The notes under the pieces: generated by a model | Databases searched by the model: none | The model's input: the letters and a program-made list of their open reading frames with translations, nothing else | Told to the model about the DNA's origin: nothing | Program-made: the position numbers and the translations under genes | Shown: piece by piece, positions 1-9,685 of the stretch | How positions within the stretch are numbered: position 1 is the stretch's first letter | How the letters are laid out: every line of letters begins with the position of its first letter | NCBI GenBank assembly: GCA_963703555.1 | Contig: CAVPEV010000046.1 | Span: 11,529-75,528, forward strand | Reading direction: 5' to 3' | Source of the DNA: an uncultured Actinomycetota bacterium | GTDB lineage: Bacteria; Actinomycetota; Actinomycetes; Actinomycetales; Cellulomonadaceae | Length of the DNA stretch: 64,000 nucleotides

Positions 1-148
1 TGCCGAGGGCACGCTGCGGGTGCGCGAGCGCTCCGACGGCTCGAAGGTCCAGGCTGCGGTCGACGCCGTCACCGAGCAGGCCGAGCGGGCCAAGGCCGCC
101 GCCTCGGCGACCAGGGCCGCCCGGGCTGCCGAGGCCGAGCAGGCCTGA
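1..148 (+). CDS. rpsP: 30S ribosomal protein S16, C-terminal end (partial, starts upstream of window)
   Basis: An open frame enters the window with an Ala/Glu-rich tail (..AERAKAAASATRAARAAEAEQA). It ends at TGA 146-148, overlapping the ATG of the next gene. It lies directly upstream of KH protein-rimM-trmD-rplS. Called by synteny, not by motif. Confidence 0.55.
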   Translation, partial: AEGTLRVRERSDGSKVQAAVDAVTEQAERAKAAASATRAARAAEAEQA

Positions 149-381
149 TGCTCGCCGAGGCGCTCGCGCACCTGGTGCGCGGCATCGTCGATCACCCGGA
201 CGACGTGCACGTCGACACCCGGCCGTTGCGCCGCGGGGAGGTTCTCGAGGTGCACGTCCACCCTGAGGACCTCGGCCGCGTGATCGGCCGGGGTGGTCGT
301 ACGGCGCGCGCGCTGCGCACCGTGATGGGCGCGATCGCCGCGGGCCCGGTCCGGGTCGACGTCGTGGACACGCAGCGCTGA
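148..381 (+). CDS. KH-domain RNA-binding protein (YlqC-like)
   Basis: 77 aa with the GXXG KH signature (LGRVIGRGGRTARALRTV). It sits in the conserved position between rpsP and rimM. Confidence 0.85.
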   Translation: MLAEALAHLVRGIVDHPDDVHVDTRPLRRGEVLEVHVHPEDLGRVIGRGGRTARALRTVMGAIAAGPVRVDVVDTQR

Positions 382-424
382 CGCGCGTCGTGACCGGCCG
401 ACCGGCCGACCACGAGGAGGGTCG

Positions 425-976
425 ATGGATCTGACGGTGGCCGTGGTGGCCCGCGCGCACGGCGTGCACGGCGACGTGGCCGTCGACCTGCGCACCGACG
501 TTCCCGGGGAGCGGTTCGCCGTGGGCGCCGTGCTGGCCACCGTGCCGGCGCCGGCCGGGCCGCTGACGGTGGTCAGGGCCCGCCACGTGCAGGGCCGCTG
601 GTACCTCGGGTTCGCGGAGGTGACCGACCGGGACGCGGCCGAGGCGCTGCGCGGCACCGCGCTGGTGGTCGACGTCGGTGCGTCCGGGGAGGACGACGCC
701 TGGTACCCGCACGAGCTCGCCGGGCTGCGCGCCGAGCACGTCGACGGCCGGGTCGTCGGGCAGGTCGTGGGGCTCGAGCACCTGCCGGCCCAGGACATGC
801 TGGTGGTCCGGGAGCTCGACGGCACCCGGACGCTCGTGCCGTTCGTCCGCGCGATCGTGCCGGTGGTGGACGTGCCCGGCGGACGGGTGGTGCTCGACCC
901 GCCCCGCGGGTTGCTCGCAGCCGATCCTGACGAGGCGGTCGGCGCCGACGGTGACGACGCCGGGAGCGACCGCTGA
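425..976 (+). CDS. rimM: 16S rRNA processing protein RimM
   Basis: 183 aa. N-terminus VARAHGVHGDV..DLRTD, C-terminal PRC-barrel-like LVPFVRAIVPVVDVPGGRVVLDPP. Synteny with trmD. Confidence 0.9.
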   Translation: MDLTVAVVARAHGVHGDVAVDLRTDVPGERFAVGAVLATVPAPAGPLTVVRARHVQGRWYLGFAEVTDRDAAEALRGTALVVDVGASGEDDAWYPHELAGLRAEHVDGRVVGQVVGLEHLPAQDMLVVRELDGTRTLVPFVRAIVPVVDVPGGRVVLDPPRGLLAADPDEAVGADGDDAGSDR

Positions 977-977
977 G

Positions 978-1763
978 GTGCGCATCGACGTCGTCTCGAT
1001 CTTCCCCGACTACCTGCGTGCTCTGGACCTCTCCCTGGTGGGACGCGCCCGCCAGACGGGCCTGCTGGACCTGCGGGTGCACGACCTGCGGTCCTGGGCG
1101 AAGGATCGGCACCGCACCGTGGACGACACCCCGGCGGGCGGTGGCGCGGGGATGGTGATGCGCCCGGACGTCTGGGGTGCCGCGCTGGACGACCTGCTGG
1201 AGCCCGGTGGTGTGCTGGCGGTGCCGACCCCGTCGGGCCGGCTGCTGACCCAGCGAGCGGTGGAGCAGCTCGCCACCCGGGCGCAGCTGGTCGTCGCCTG
1301 CGGGCGGTACGAGGGCATCGACGCGCGGGTGGCCGAGCACTACCGTGCGCGGGGCGACGTGGCGGTGTACGAGTACTCGATCGGCGACTACGTGCTCAAC
1401 GGCGGTGAGGCCGCCGCGCTGGTCCTGGTCGAGGCGGTCGCCCGGCTGCTGCCCGGCGTGGTCGGCAACCCCGAGTCGCTGGTCGAGGAGTCGCACGGTG
1501 CCGAGGGACTGCTGGAGTACCCCGTCTACACCCGGCCGACCACGTGGCGCGGTCTGGCCGTCCCCGAGGTCCTGGCCTCCGGGCACCACGGACGCGTCGC
1601 CCGATGGCGCCGGGACGAGTCGCTGCGCCGGACGGTCGCATGCCGCGCGGACCTCGTCGTGAGGCTCGACCCGGCCGGGCTGGACGCCCGGGACCTGCAG
1701 GTCCTGCGCGAGGCGGGATGGACGGTCGTCGACGGACGGCTGCGCGAACCGACCGGCGACTGA
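978..1763 (+). CDS. trmD: tRNA (guanine37-N1)-methyltransferase
   Basis: Part of track ORF 678..1763, from GTG 978 just after the rimM stop. VRIDVVSIFPDYL..VHDLRSWAKDRHRTVDDTPAGGGAGMVMRPDVW..YEGIDARV..SIGDYVLNGGE are typical TrmD blocks. Confidence 0.93.
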   Translation: MRIDVVSIFPDYLRALDLSLVGRARQTGLLDLRVHDLRSWAKDRHRTVDDTPAGGGAGMVMRPDVWGAALDDLLEPGGVLAVPTPSGRLLTQRAVEQLATRAQLVVACGRYEGIDARVAEHYRARGDVAVYEYSIGDYVLNGGEAAALVLVEAVARLLPGVVGNPESLVEESHGAEGLLEYPVYTRPTTWRGLAVPEVLASGHHGRVARWRRDESLRRTVACRADLVVRLDPAGLDARDLQVLREAGWTVVDGRLREPTGD

Positions 1764-1938
1764 TTTCACCGGGTAGCCGGGCTGTGGCAGACTGACCCGT
1801 CGGCCCGGAGACGATGTCCCTGCCACGGGGGGGACCGCGAGGAACGGGCCTGCAGGGCTGCGGCCCGACCGACCCCAGCGACGCCCAGCGGGCGTTCTCG
1901 ACAACGCCCCTGACCTGTGGCAGGGCGAGGAGATCACG

Positions 1939-2301
1939 ATGCACACGCTCGACACCGTCGACGCCGCCTCTCTGCGTGACGACATCCCCGATTTCCGGCC
2001 CGGCGACACGCTGCGGGTGAACGTCAAGGTCGTCGAGGGCACCCGGTCGCGCGTGCAGGTCTTCCAGGGCGTGGTGATCGCCCGGCAGGGCTCGGGCGTC
2101 CGGGAGACGTTCTCCGTCCGCAAGGTCAGCTTCGGCGTCGGCGTCGAACGGACCTTCCCGGTGCACTCCCCGTCGCTGGAGTCGATCGAGGTCGTCACCC
2201 GTGGTGACGTGCGCCGCGCCAAGCTGTACTACCTGCGCGAGCTGCGCGGCAAGGCTGCGAAGATCAAGGAGAAGCGGGACACGACGCCCGCCCAGGGCTG
2301 A
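1939..2301 (+). CDS. rplS: 50S ribosomal protein L19
   Basis: 120 aa. [61 protein letters not shown] gaggag lies 6 nt before the ATG. Confidence 0.97.
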   Translation: MHTLDTVDAASLRDDIPDFRPGDTLRVNVKVVEGTRSRVQVFQGVVIARQGSGVRETFSVRKVSFGVGVERTFPVHSPSLESIEVVTRGDVRRAKLYYLRELRGKAAKIKEKRDTTPAQG

Positions 2302-2379
2302 CCCGGACGGGCTGGACCGCCCGAGCCGTGCCGCCCCGGCTGCCGGGTCCATCACGGTGCCGGGCAGCGACGGGTGTGA

Positions 2380-3108
2380 GTGAGGACGGGGATGGCCGAG
2401 GGCGTGCACGCGCGGCACCGTGAGCGTCGCCCGGTGACCGGGGCGTTGGCGTGGCTGCGCGAGGTCGTCATCGTCCTGGTCAGCGCCCTGGTGCTGTCCC
2501 TGGTCGTCAAGACGTTCCTCGTGCAGGCCTTCTTCATTCCGTCCGGATCCATGCACGACACCCTGCTCGAGGGTGACCGGGTGCTGGTCAGCAAGTTGCG
2601 GCCGGATCCGTGGGACGTCCGCCACGGGGACATCGTCGTGTTCGCCGATCCGGGGGGCTGGCTGGATCAGCCGCCGCCGGCCGACGCCGGTGGCCTGCGG
2701 GGTGTCGCCGACGACGTCCTCACGTTCGTGGGGCTGATGCCGCAGAACTCCGGGGAGCACCTCATCAAGCGGGTGATCGGCCTGCCCGGCGACCACGTGT
2801 CCTGTGCCGGGGCCGGGTCGCCGGTCCTGGTCAACGGTGTCGCGCTGGACGAGCCGTACCTTGTGCCCGGAGCCGTGCCGTCGGAGATCGCGTTCGACGT
2901 GGTCGTGCCGGACGGCGCGCTGTGGGTGATGGGCGACAACCGACCGAACTCGCTGGACTCGCGGTGGCACACCGGTGAGCCCGGCGGAGGCTTTGTGGAC
3001 GAGTCGCTCGTCGTCGGGGCGGCGTTCGTCCGGATCTGGCCCGCCGACCGGCTCGGCGTCCTGCACAACCCCGGTCCGACGTTCGCCACGGTCCCCGCTG
3101 CGTCATGA
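2380..3108 (+). CDS. lepB: Signal peptidase I
   Basis: N-terminal TM segment. Catalytic boxes [40 protein letters not shown]. Confidence 0.92.
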   Translation: MRTGMAEGVHARHRERRPVTGALAWLREVVIVLVSALVLSLVVKTFLVQAFFIPSGSMHDTLLEGDRVLVSKLRPDPWDVRHGDIVVFADPGGWLDQPPPADAGGLRGVADDVLTFVGLMPQNSGEHLIKRVIGLPGDHVSCAGAGSPVLVNGVALDEPYLVPGAVPSEIAFDVVVPDGALWVMGDNRPNSLDSRWHTGEPGGGFVDESLVVGAAFVRIWPADRLGVLHNPGPTFATVPAAS

Positions 3109-3857
3109 TCGCGTCGACCGCCCGGCGTCCCGTGCCCGACCTGCGCCACGAGCGTGAGCTGCTGCGCGCCGGCGCCCGGCTCGTGGCCGGCATGGACGAG
3201 GTGGGCCGGGGGTCCCTAGCCGGCCCGGTGAGCGTCGGGGTGGTCGTCGTTGACCTGCGCACCGCGGCCTGCCCGGCCGGCCTGGCCGACTCCAAGCTGC
3301 TGTCGGCCCGAGCCCGCACGCAGCTGTTGCCCGCGCTCGGCCGATGGGGCCGCGCACGAGCCGTGGGGCACGCCAGCGCTGCGGAGATCGACGCCGAGGG
3401 GATCATCGCGGCGCTGCGCCGGGCGGGGCGGCGCGCCCTGGCCGCCGTCACCGCCCGGGTGGGCGCGGTGGACGCCGTGCTGCTGGACGGGTCCTACGAC
3501 TGGCTGAGCCCGCGCCCGGCGGACCTCTTCGCCGGGTGGGAGCAGGCACCCGTGCAGCGGGAGGTGGCCCCCGGGGCGGCGGACGATGCAGTCGATGGCC
3601 CGGTGGTGCACCTGCGGGTCAAGGCCGACCAGTCCTGCGCCTCCGTGGCCGCCGCGAGCGTGCTGGCCAAGTGCGAGCGCGACGCGCTCATGGTCCGGCT
3701 CGCGCGCAACCACCCGGAGTACCGGTGGGACGCCAACAAGGGGTACGCCTCCCCGGAGCACCTGGCGGCGCTGGCCGCGCACGGGCCCAGCCCCTGGCAC
3801 CGGACGAGCTGGCGGCTGCCCCCCTCGACCGCCGCGGCGACGGTCGAGGGGGGATGA
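3105..3857 (+). CDS. rnhB: Ribonuclease HII
   Basis: Motifs [35 protein letters not shown] overlap with the lepB stop. Confidence 0.9.
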   Translation: MIASTARRPVPDLRHERELLRAGARLVAGMDEVGRGSLAGPVSVGVVVVDLRTAACPAGLADSKLLSARARTQLLPALGRWGRARAVGHASAAEIDAEGIIAALRRAGRRALAAVTARVGAVDAVLLDGSYDWLSPRPADLFAGWEQAPVQREVAPGAADDAVDGPVVHLRVKADQSCASVAAASVLAKCERDALMVRLARNHPEYRWDANKGYASPEHLAALAAHGPSPWHRTSWRLPPSTAAATVEGG

Positions 3858-3864
3858 TGTACCG

Positions 3865-4189
3865 GTGAGCGCCGAGGACCTGGAGAACTACGAGACCGAC
3901 ATGGAGCTCGCGCTCTACCGCGAGTACCGCGACGTGGTCGGCTTGTTCTCCTACGTGGTGGAGACCGAGCGACGGTTCTACCTCGCCAACCAGGTGGACC
4001 TGCAGGTGCGGTCGGCGGCCGGGCGAGGTCTACTTCGAGGTCACGCTGGTCGACGCCTGGGTGTGGGACGTGTACCGGTCGGCGCGGTTCGTCAAGTCCG
4101 TGCGCGTGGTGACGTTCAAGGACGTCAACGTCGAGGAGCTCGCCAAGTCCGAGCTCGAGCTCGGTGAGGACTCCGGCTTCACCCGCTGA
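3865..4189 (+). pseudogene. DUF2469-family protein gene with apparent +1 frame disruption near 4018-4026
   Basis: Frame 1 from GTG 3865 gives VSAEDLENYETDMELALYREYRDVVGLFSYVVETERRFYLANQVDLQVRSAAG and then nonsense. The family continuation GEVYFEVTLVDAWVWDVYRSARFVKSVRVVTFKDVNVEELAKSELEL is read in the next frame and stops at TGA 4187-4189. Confidence 0.8.
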
Positions 4190-4447
4190 GGTTTCGGTCC
4201 CGCCTGCTGAGTCGCGGGTCCCGCCTGCTCAGTCCCGGACATCGTCCGCTGAGCCCGGGCTCCGTCTGCCGGACCCCGGGGTTCCGTCCCCGAGCCTCGA
4301 CCGGCCTGCCGCCCGGTACGCCGTGGGACGGCCGGTGTCTGCGCCGTCCCCAGCCTCGCGTGGCACCGGGCCGGGCGCACCGATCCGACGACCGGCGCCT
4401 GCACGCCGGCACGGGTCGGGCACCGTGCTGGTCGGAGGTGGTGCGGC

Positions 4448-4804
4448 GTGCGGGCGACTGATGCGGTCGGGCGTTACGGGGAGGACGTGGCCGCGGCACA
4501 CGTCCAGGCGGCCGGCTGGACCGTGCTGGACCGCAACTGGCGGTGCCCGGCGGGGGAGCTGGACCTGGTGGCCCTGGACGGTTCGGAGCTGGTGGCGATC
4601 GAGGTGAAGACCCGGCGCAGCGCGACGTTCGGTCATCCTGCGGAGGCGGTCACGCCCCGCAAGCTTGCCCGGCTGCGTCGGCTCACGGCGCAGTGGCTGG
4701 CCTGTCATGACCTGCATCCGGCCTCGGTGCGGATCGACGTGCTGGCCGTGCACGTCAGCGGCGCGGGCGCGGCTCGGGTCGAGCACCTGCGGGCGGTGGT
4801 CTGA
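4448..4804 (+). CDS. YraN-family endonuclease (UPF0102)
   Basis: 118 aa. GEDVAAAHVQAAGWTVLDRNWRCPAGELDLVA..LVAIEVKTR is the typical YraN core. Confidence 0.88.
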   Translation: MRATDAVGRYGEDVAAAHVQAAGWTVLDRNWRCPAGELDLVALDGSELVAIEVKTRRSATFGHPAEAVTPRKLARLRRLTAQWLACHDLHPASVRIDVLAVHVSGAGAARVEHLRAVV

Positions 4805-6341
4805 GTGGCGCTGGGACGCACCTGGGGAGTCGGTCTGGTCGGCCTGACCGGGCACGTCATCGAGGTCGAGGCGCACCTGGCCGCCTCGTTGCCGGCGTTC
4901 GTGCTGGTCGGCCTGCCCGACGCCGCGCTCGCCGAGGCCCGGGACCGGGTGCGGGCCGCGGTGACCTCCTCCGGACTGGGTTGGCCGGCGCGGCGGATCA
5001 CGGTGAACCTCTCCCCGGCGGCGCTGCCCAAGCACGGCTCCGGGTTCGACCTCGCGATCGCCGTGGCGACGCTGGCCGCGGCAGGCGCCCTCGACGCCGC
5101 CGCCGCGGGCGCCTTCGTGCACCTGGGCGAGCTCGGGCTGGACGGTCGGCTGCGGCCCGTGCGGGGCGTGCTGCCGGCGGTGGCGGCGGCGGTCGCCGCC
5201 GGTCTGGCCGACGTCGTGGTCCCGGCTGCCAATGTGGAGGAGGCCCGGCTGGTGCCCGGCGCCCGGGTGCGCGGCGTGCGGAGCCTCGCGGAGGTCGCGG
5301 CACTGCACGGCGCGGCCGTCGAGGTCCCCGACGTGGACGCCGTCGAGCTCGAGCGGTTCGACGCCAGCAGTGGCTCACCGCCCGGCGACCTGGCTGACGT
5401 GCTCGGCCAGGACGAAGCCCGGGCGGCCCTGGAGGTCGCCGCAGCGGGCGGGCACCACCTGTTCCTCGTGGGTCCGCCGGGAGCCGGGAAGACGATGCTT
5501 GCGGCCCGGCTGCCGGGCCTGCTGCCGGACCTCACGGACGAGGAGGCCGTGGAGGTCACCGCGGTGCACTCGGTGGCCGGCACCTTCGACCCTGCAGCGA
5601 GGCCTGCTGCGCCGGCCGCCGTTCGAGGACCCGCACCACACCGCGACCCCGGCGAGCATCGTGGGTGGTGGGTCGGGCATCCCCCGTCCGGGCGCGGCGT
5701 CGCGCGCCCACCGCGGCGTGCTGTTCATGGACGAGGCTCCGGAGTTCTCCTCCGCGGTGCTGCAGACGTTGCGGCAACCGCTCGAGCACGGCGAGCTGGT
5801 CATCCACCGGGCCGGGGGCGTCGCGCGGTACCCGGCGCGGTTCCAGCTGGTGCTCGCTGCCAACCCGTGCCCGTGCGGACGTGCCGTCGGCAAGGGTCTG
5901 GGCTGCACCTGCACGCCGGACCAGCGGCGTCGCTACCTCGCCCGGCTGTCCGGGCCCCTGCTGGACCGGGTGGACCTGCAGGTCGACGTCCCGCCCGTCG
6001 ACCGGCTGGCGCTGTCGGTGGACGCGCGGCCCGAGCCGACCCGCACCGTCGCTCGACGCGTCCGCTCCGCCCGGGACGCCCAGGCGGCTCGGCTCCGGAG
6101 CACCCCGTGGCGCACCAATGCGGAGGTCCCCGGCGGATGGTTGCGCGCCCGGCTGGGGGCCGACCGGTCCGTCGTCGGCGACCTGGACCGTGCGCTGGAC
6201 CGCGGCCTGCTCAGCCTGCGCGGCGTGGACCGCGTGCTGCGGGTGGCCTGGACGCTCGCGGACCTCGCCGGCCGTGACGCTCCGACCAGGGCGGACGTGG
6301 GCCAGGCGCTCGCCCTGCGCACCCGCGGGAGGGCGGCATGA
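4805..6341 (+). pseudogene. comM: Mg-chelatase-like ATPase ComM/YifB with apparent frame disruption near 5594-5603
   Basis: The N-terminal half is in the frame of track ORF 4805.. (..HHLFLVGPPGAGKTMLAARLPGLLPDLTDEEAVEVTAVHSVAGTFDP). The C-terminal half is in the frame of ORF 5232..6341 (GLLRRPPFEDPHHTATPASIVGGGSGIPRPGAASRAHRGVLFMDEAPEF..LVLAANPCPCG). Confidence 0.85.
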
Positions 6342-7588
6342 CCTCCCGTGCGCCGTCCGCACCGGTGCAGCCGCCGGGCTGGGTGGCCGACGAGACGCTT
6401 GCCCGGGCCGCGTGGAGCCGGTTGGTGGAGCCGGGGGACGTCACGGCGGGCTTCCTCATCGGAGCACTGGGCGCCAGCGAGGCCCTCGCCTGGGTGCTGC
6501 GCGCGGTCGGCTCCGGGGACCCGGCCCAGATCGGCCCGGACGTCGTCGCGGGTGCGGTCCACGAGCTGTCGGAGCTCCCCGGTGCGCTGACGCCCGACGG
6601 CCTCGCTGCGATCGAGCCGCGGCTGGCGCGCGCCCTGCCACGCTGGGCGCCCCGGGTCGACGGGCTGGACCCGCGGCCCGGGGTCGAGGTGTTGCGCCGG
6701 TACGGCGGCCACCTGGTCCACCCCGGCACCCCCGGCTGGCCGGTCGGTCTGGACGACCTGGGTCAGGCCGCACCGGCGTGCCTGTGGGTGCGTGGTCGGA
6801 CGGACCTGGACGTGGGCACCGCGCGGTCGGTGGCGATCGTCGGGGCGCGGGCGTCGACCGCGTACGGGGAGCGGGTGGCGGTCGAGATGGCTGCGGGGCT
6901 CGCGGAGCGGGGGGTCTGCGTGGTCTCCGGCGGCGCCTACGGGATCGACGCCGCCGCGCACCGGGGTGCGCTGGTCGCCCAGGGCAGGACCGTCGTGCTG
7001 CTGGCCGGGGGTGTGGACCGGGCGTACCCGGCGGGCAACTCCGGCCTGCTCGCACAGGTGCTCGACCGGGGAGGCACCGTGCTGTCCGAGGTGCCGCCGG
7101 GCGCAGTGCCGACCCGCAGCCGGTTCCTGCTGCGCAACCGCTTGGTGGCGGCGGTCTCCCGGGCGACCGTGGTGGTGGAGGCGGCCTGGCGCTCCGGCGC
7201 CCTGAGCACGGCCCGGCAGGCGGCCGACCTGTTCCGTCCGGTCGGGGCCGTGCCGGGACCGGTGACGTCCATGGCGTCGGCAGGCTGCCACCGGCTGCTC
7301 CGGGAGGGCGTGGCCGTCTGCGTCACGGACGTGGCCGAGGTCGTGGAGCTGGCCGGCAGCCTGGGCGTGGACCTGGCGCCGGAGCCTGCGGACCCCCCGG
7401 GTCCGAGCACGGCCGAGCGGCTCGTCCTGGATGCGCTCCCGCGCCGCGCCCCGGCCGGGTTGGGGCAGATCTCCCGGGAGGCCGGGCTGTCCGTGGCGGA
7501 GGCAGCGGCCGCCCTGGGTGCGCTCGAGCTCGACGGCCGGGTCCGACGCACCGACCAGGGCTGGCGGCTGGTCCCACCCGGCAGGTGA
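6338..7588 (+). CDS. dprA: DNA-processing protein DprA
   Basis: Motifs VAIVGARASTAYGERVA, VVSGGAYGIDAAAHRGAL, GGVDRAYPAGN, SEVPPGAVPTRSRFLLRNRLVAA. Confidence 0.93.
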   Translation: MTSRAPSAPVQPPGWVADETLARAAWSRLVEPGDVTAGFLIGALGASEALAWVLRAVGSGDPAQIGPDVVAGAVHELSELPGALTPDGLAAIEPRLARALPRWAPRVDGLDPRPGVEVLRRYGGHLVHPGTPGWPVGLDDLGQAAPACLWVRGRTDLDVGTARSVAIVGARASTAYGERVAVEMAAGLAERGVCVVSGGAYGIDAAAHRGALVAQGRTVVLLAGGVDRAYPAGNSGLLAQVLDRGGTVLSEVPPGAVPTRSRFLLRNRLVAAVSRATVVVEAAWRSGALSTARQAADLFRPVGAVPGPVTSMASAGCHRLLREGVAVCVTDVAEVVELAGSLGVDLAPEPADPPGPSTAERLVLDALPRRAPAGLGQISREAGLSVAEAAAALGALELDGRVRRTDQGWRLVPPGR

Positions 7589-7735
7589 CACCGTTGGTGG
7601 TGCAGTCCGCCAGAACCGCCCGGGTCTTGACCGAGCGCCGGATAAAACGGACAAGAAACCGTGATCCGCCCAGCCCGGCAAGAATTTCCGCCGCAGGCCC
7701 TTGTCACCCGTCCGTGTCATTGCGAACGTGTACAC

Positions 7736-8668
7736 ATGCCCGGACGTGCACGGATCGACGAGTGCAGCGACGACGCGCCGCTGCTCGCCGATTTCGCGCA
7801 GCACCTGAGGCTCCGGCGCGGATTGTCCGAGCACACCGTCCGGGCGTACGTCGGCGATGTCAGGGACCTGCTGGCGTACGCCCGCCGGCACGGCCGCACG
7901 GAGCTGGCTCAGCTCGATCTCGACGTCCTGCGGGGATGGCTGGCCGCGATGGCGACGGCCCACCGCAGCCGTGCCACGCTGGCTCGCCGAGGCGCGGCGG
8001 CGCGCACCTTCTTCGCCTGGGCCCACCGGGACGGGCGGATCGCGTCCGATCCTGCCGTGCGGCTGGCCAGCCCTCGCGCGGCCGTGACGATCCCGACGGT
8101 ACTCAGCGTCGAGGACGCCGCGACGCTGATCGACACGGCCGCTCGCCAGGCGGAGGACGGCGATCCGGTGCACCTGCGCGACTGGGCGGTGCTCGAGCTG
8201 CTCTACGCGACGGGTGTGCGGGTCGGGGAGCTGTGCGGCGCGGACGTCGTCGACGTCGACCTTCAGACGCGCACCCTGCGGGTGCTGGGCAAGGGCGGCA
8301 CCGAGCGCATGGTCCCGTTCGGGCGCCCCGCGGCGGACGCCGTAGCCCGGTGGCTCGACCGCGGCAGGCCGGCGCTCACCAGGCCGGATGGTCCGGCGGC
8401 CCTCCTGCTCGGTCGCCGGGGAGGCCGGGTCGATCAGCGTCAGCTGCGCGCCGCTGTGCACACGGCTGCTGCGCGCGCCGGTGTTGCCGACGTGTCGCCG
8501 CACGCGCTGCGGCACTCGGCCGCCACCCACCTGCTGGCCGGCGGGTCCGACCTGCGCAGCGTCCAGGAGGTGCTGGGCCACGCCAGCCTGGCCACCACCC
8601 AGCGCTACACGCACGTCACCGCCGAGCGCCTGCGCTCGTCCTATCAGCTGGCCCACCCGAGGGCCTGA
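7736..8668 (+). CDS. xerC: Tyrosine recombinase XerC
   Basis: Motifs LSEHTVRAYVGDVRDLL, ELLYATGVRVGEL, HALRHSAATHLLAGGSDLRSVQEVLGHASLATTQRYTHV. ATG 7736 is preferred over the upstream GTG 7661, but the start is uncertain. Confidence 0.88.
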   Translation: MPGRARIDECSDDAPLLADFAQHLRLRRGLSEHTVRAYVGDVRDLLAYARRHGRTELAQLDLDVLRGWLAAMATAHRSRATLARRGAAARTFFAWAHRDGRIASDPAVRLASPRAAVTIPTVLSVEDAATLIDTAARQAEDGDPVHLRDWAVLELLYATGVRVGELCGADVVDVDLQTRTLRVLGKGGTERMVPFGRPAADAVARWLDRGRPALTRPDGPAALLLGRRGGRVDQRQLRAAVHTAAARAGVADVSPHALRHSAATHLLAGGSDLRSVQEVLGHASLATTQRYTHVTAERLRSSYQLAHPRA

Positions 8669-8684
8669 GCGCCGGAGAGACCGA

Positions 8685-9575
8685 ATGACCTCGAAGACCG
8701 ACTCGCTGGCTGCGCTCGCGGCGCGATCTCGCACCCTGAGCACGGCACCACGCGGCGTCATCCCGACCCCCCGGACCGCGCCGGGGGCCGACCTGCTGGG
8801 GCAGGTCGACGCGCAGAGCCTCGACGACGACTGGTGCGGGTTCAAGGCCACCCGCGACCCGCATGCGCGTGAGCGGCTGATCCTGCGCTATGCGCCGCTC
8901 GTGACGTCCGTCGCCGGACGGGTCGGCATGAGGCTGCCCAGCACCGTGGAGCTGGCGGACCTGGTGTCCTCGGGCATGTTCGGCCTCATCGACGCGATCG
9001 AGAAGTACGAGCCCGACCGTGCCGTGAAGTTCGAGACCTATGCCGCCACGCGCATCCGCGGGGCGATCATCGACGAGCTCCGTGCGATGGACTGGATACC
9101 GCGTTCGGTGCGCACCAAGGCCCGCGCCGTCGAGCGCGCGGGAGCGGAGCTCGAAGCCGAGATGCATCGCGCACCCACGCGGCCGGAGCTCGCCCGGCGC
9201 CTCGGCGTCACGCCCGGCGAGCTCCGCGCGACGTTCTCGCAGCTGGCGGTGGTCAACGTGGCGGCGCTCGACGATCTGCTGGGCGGTGCCGAGACCGGTG
9301 CCGAGGGGTTGCGGTTGCTGGACACCCTCGGCGCCGATCGGGGCGCGGACCCGGAGCAGAGCATGGACGACCAGGAGACGTCCTACCTGTTGACGCGCGC
9401 CATCGAGCAGCTCGGGGACCGGGAGCGGATGGTGCTCGTCCTCTACTACTACGAGGAGATGACCCTGGCGGAGATCGGCCGGGTGCTCGGGGTGACCGAG
9501 TCGCGGGTCTCACAGATGCACACCGCCGCGATGGCCCGGCTGCGCACCTGTCTCTTCGACGCCGAGTTCGTCTGA
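8685..9575 (+). CDS. whiG: FliA/WhiG-family RNA polymerase sigma factor
   Basis: ATG 8685 within track ORF 8388..9575. Region 2 is LILRYAPLV..DLVSSGMFGLIDAIEKYEP..KFETYAATRIRGAIIDELR. Region 4 is YYEEMTLAEIGRVLGVTESRVSQMH. Confidence 0.85.
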   Translation: MTSKTDSLAALAARSRTLSTAPRGVIPTPRTAPGADLLGQVDAQSLDDDWCGFKATRDPHARERLILRYAPLVTSVAGRVGMRLPSTVELADLVSSGMFGLIDAIEKYEPDRAVKFETYAATRIRGAIIDELRAMDWIPRSVRTKARAVERAGAELEAEMHRAPTRPELARRLGVTPGELRATFSQLAVVNVAALDDLLGGAETGAEGLRLLDTLGADRGADPEQSMDDQETSYLLTRAIEQLGDRERMVLVLYYYEEMTLAEIGRVLGVTESRVSQMHTAAMARLRTCLFDAEFV

Positions 9576-9587
9576 GCGCTGCGGCGC

Positions 9588-9603
9588 GGACGGTGCACCG
9601 TCC
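9588..9603. terminator. GC palindrome between convergent whiG and the M23 peptidase gene
   Basis: ggacggtgcaccgtcc is self-complementary and lies 13 nt after the whiG stop. No U-tract follows. Confidence 0.35.
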
Positions 9604-9685
9604 CCCGGCACGGCCCCCCGGCGGCGCAGGCGCCCGTGTCGGCCCGATGGCGGGCGGCGTGGTCCGGTCTGGCGGGTGGGGCCGG

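Noticed and set aside
573-2222. Very long ORFs in alternate or antisense frames overlapping recognised genes. Examples are 573..2222(-), 1396..3066(-), 5665..8688(+), 5933..8851(-), 17945..20023(-), 22783..25182(-), 26841..30074(-), 35077..38199(-), 43465..45768(-) and the 5' part of 43488..48617(+).
   Set aside because: Their products are Arg/Pro/Gly/Ala low-complexity strings with no motifs. Stop codons are rare in any frame at this G+C content. In every case another frame carries an unmistakable conserved protein.
4196-4234. Two 18-nt near-identical units (ggtcccgcctgctgagtc / ggtcccgcctgctcagtc, 21-bp period), plus further ccgctgag motifs after the DUF2469 stop.
   Set aside because: There are only two short copies in GC-rich intergenic DNA. 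No associated structure or gene was found, so this is probably slippage noise.
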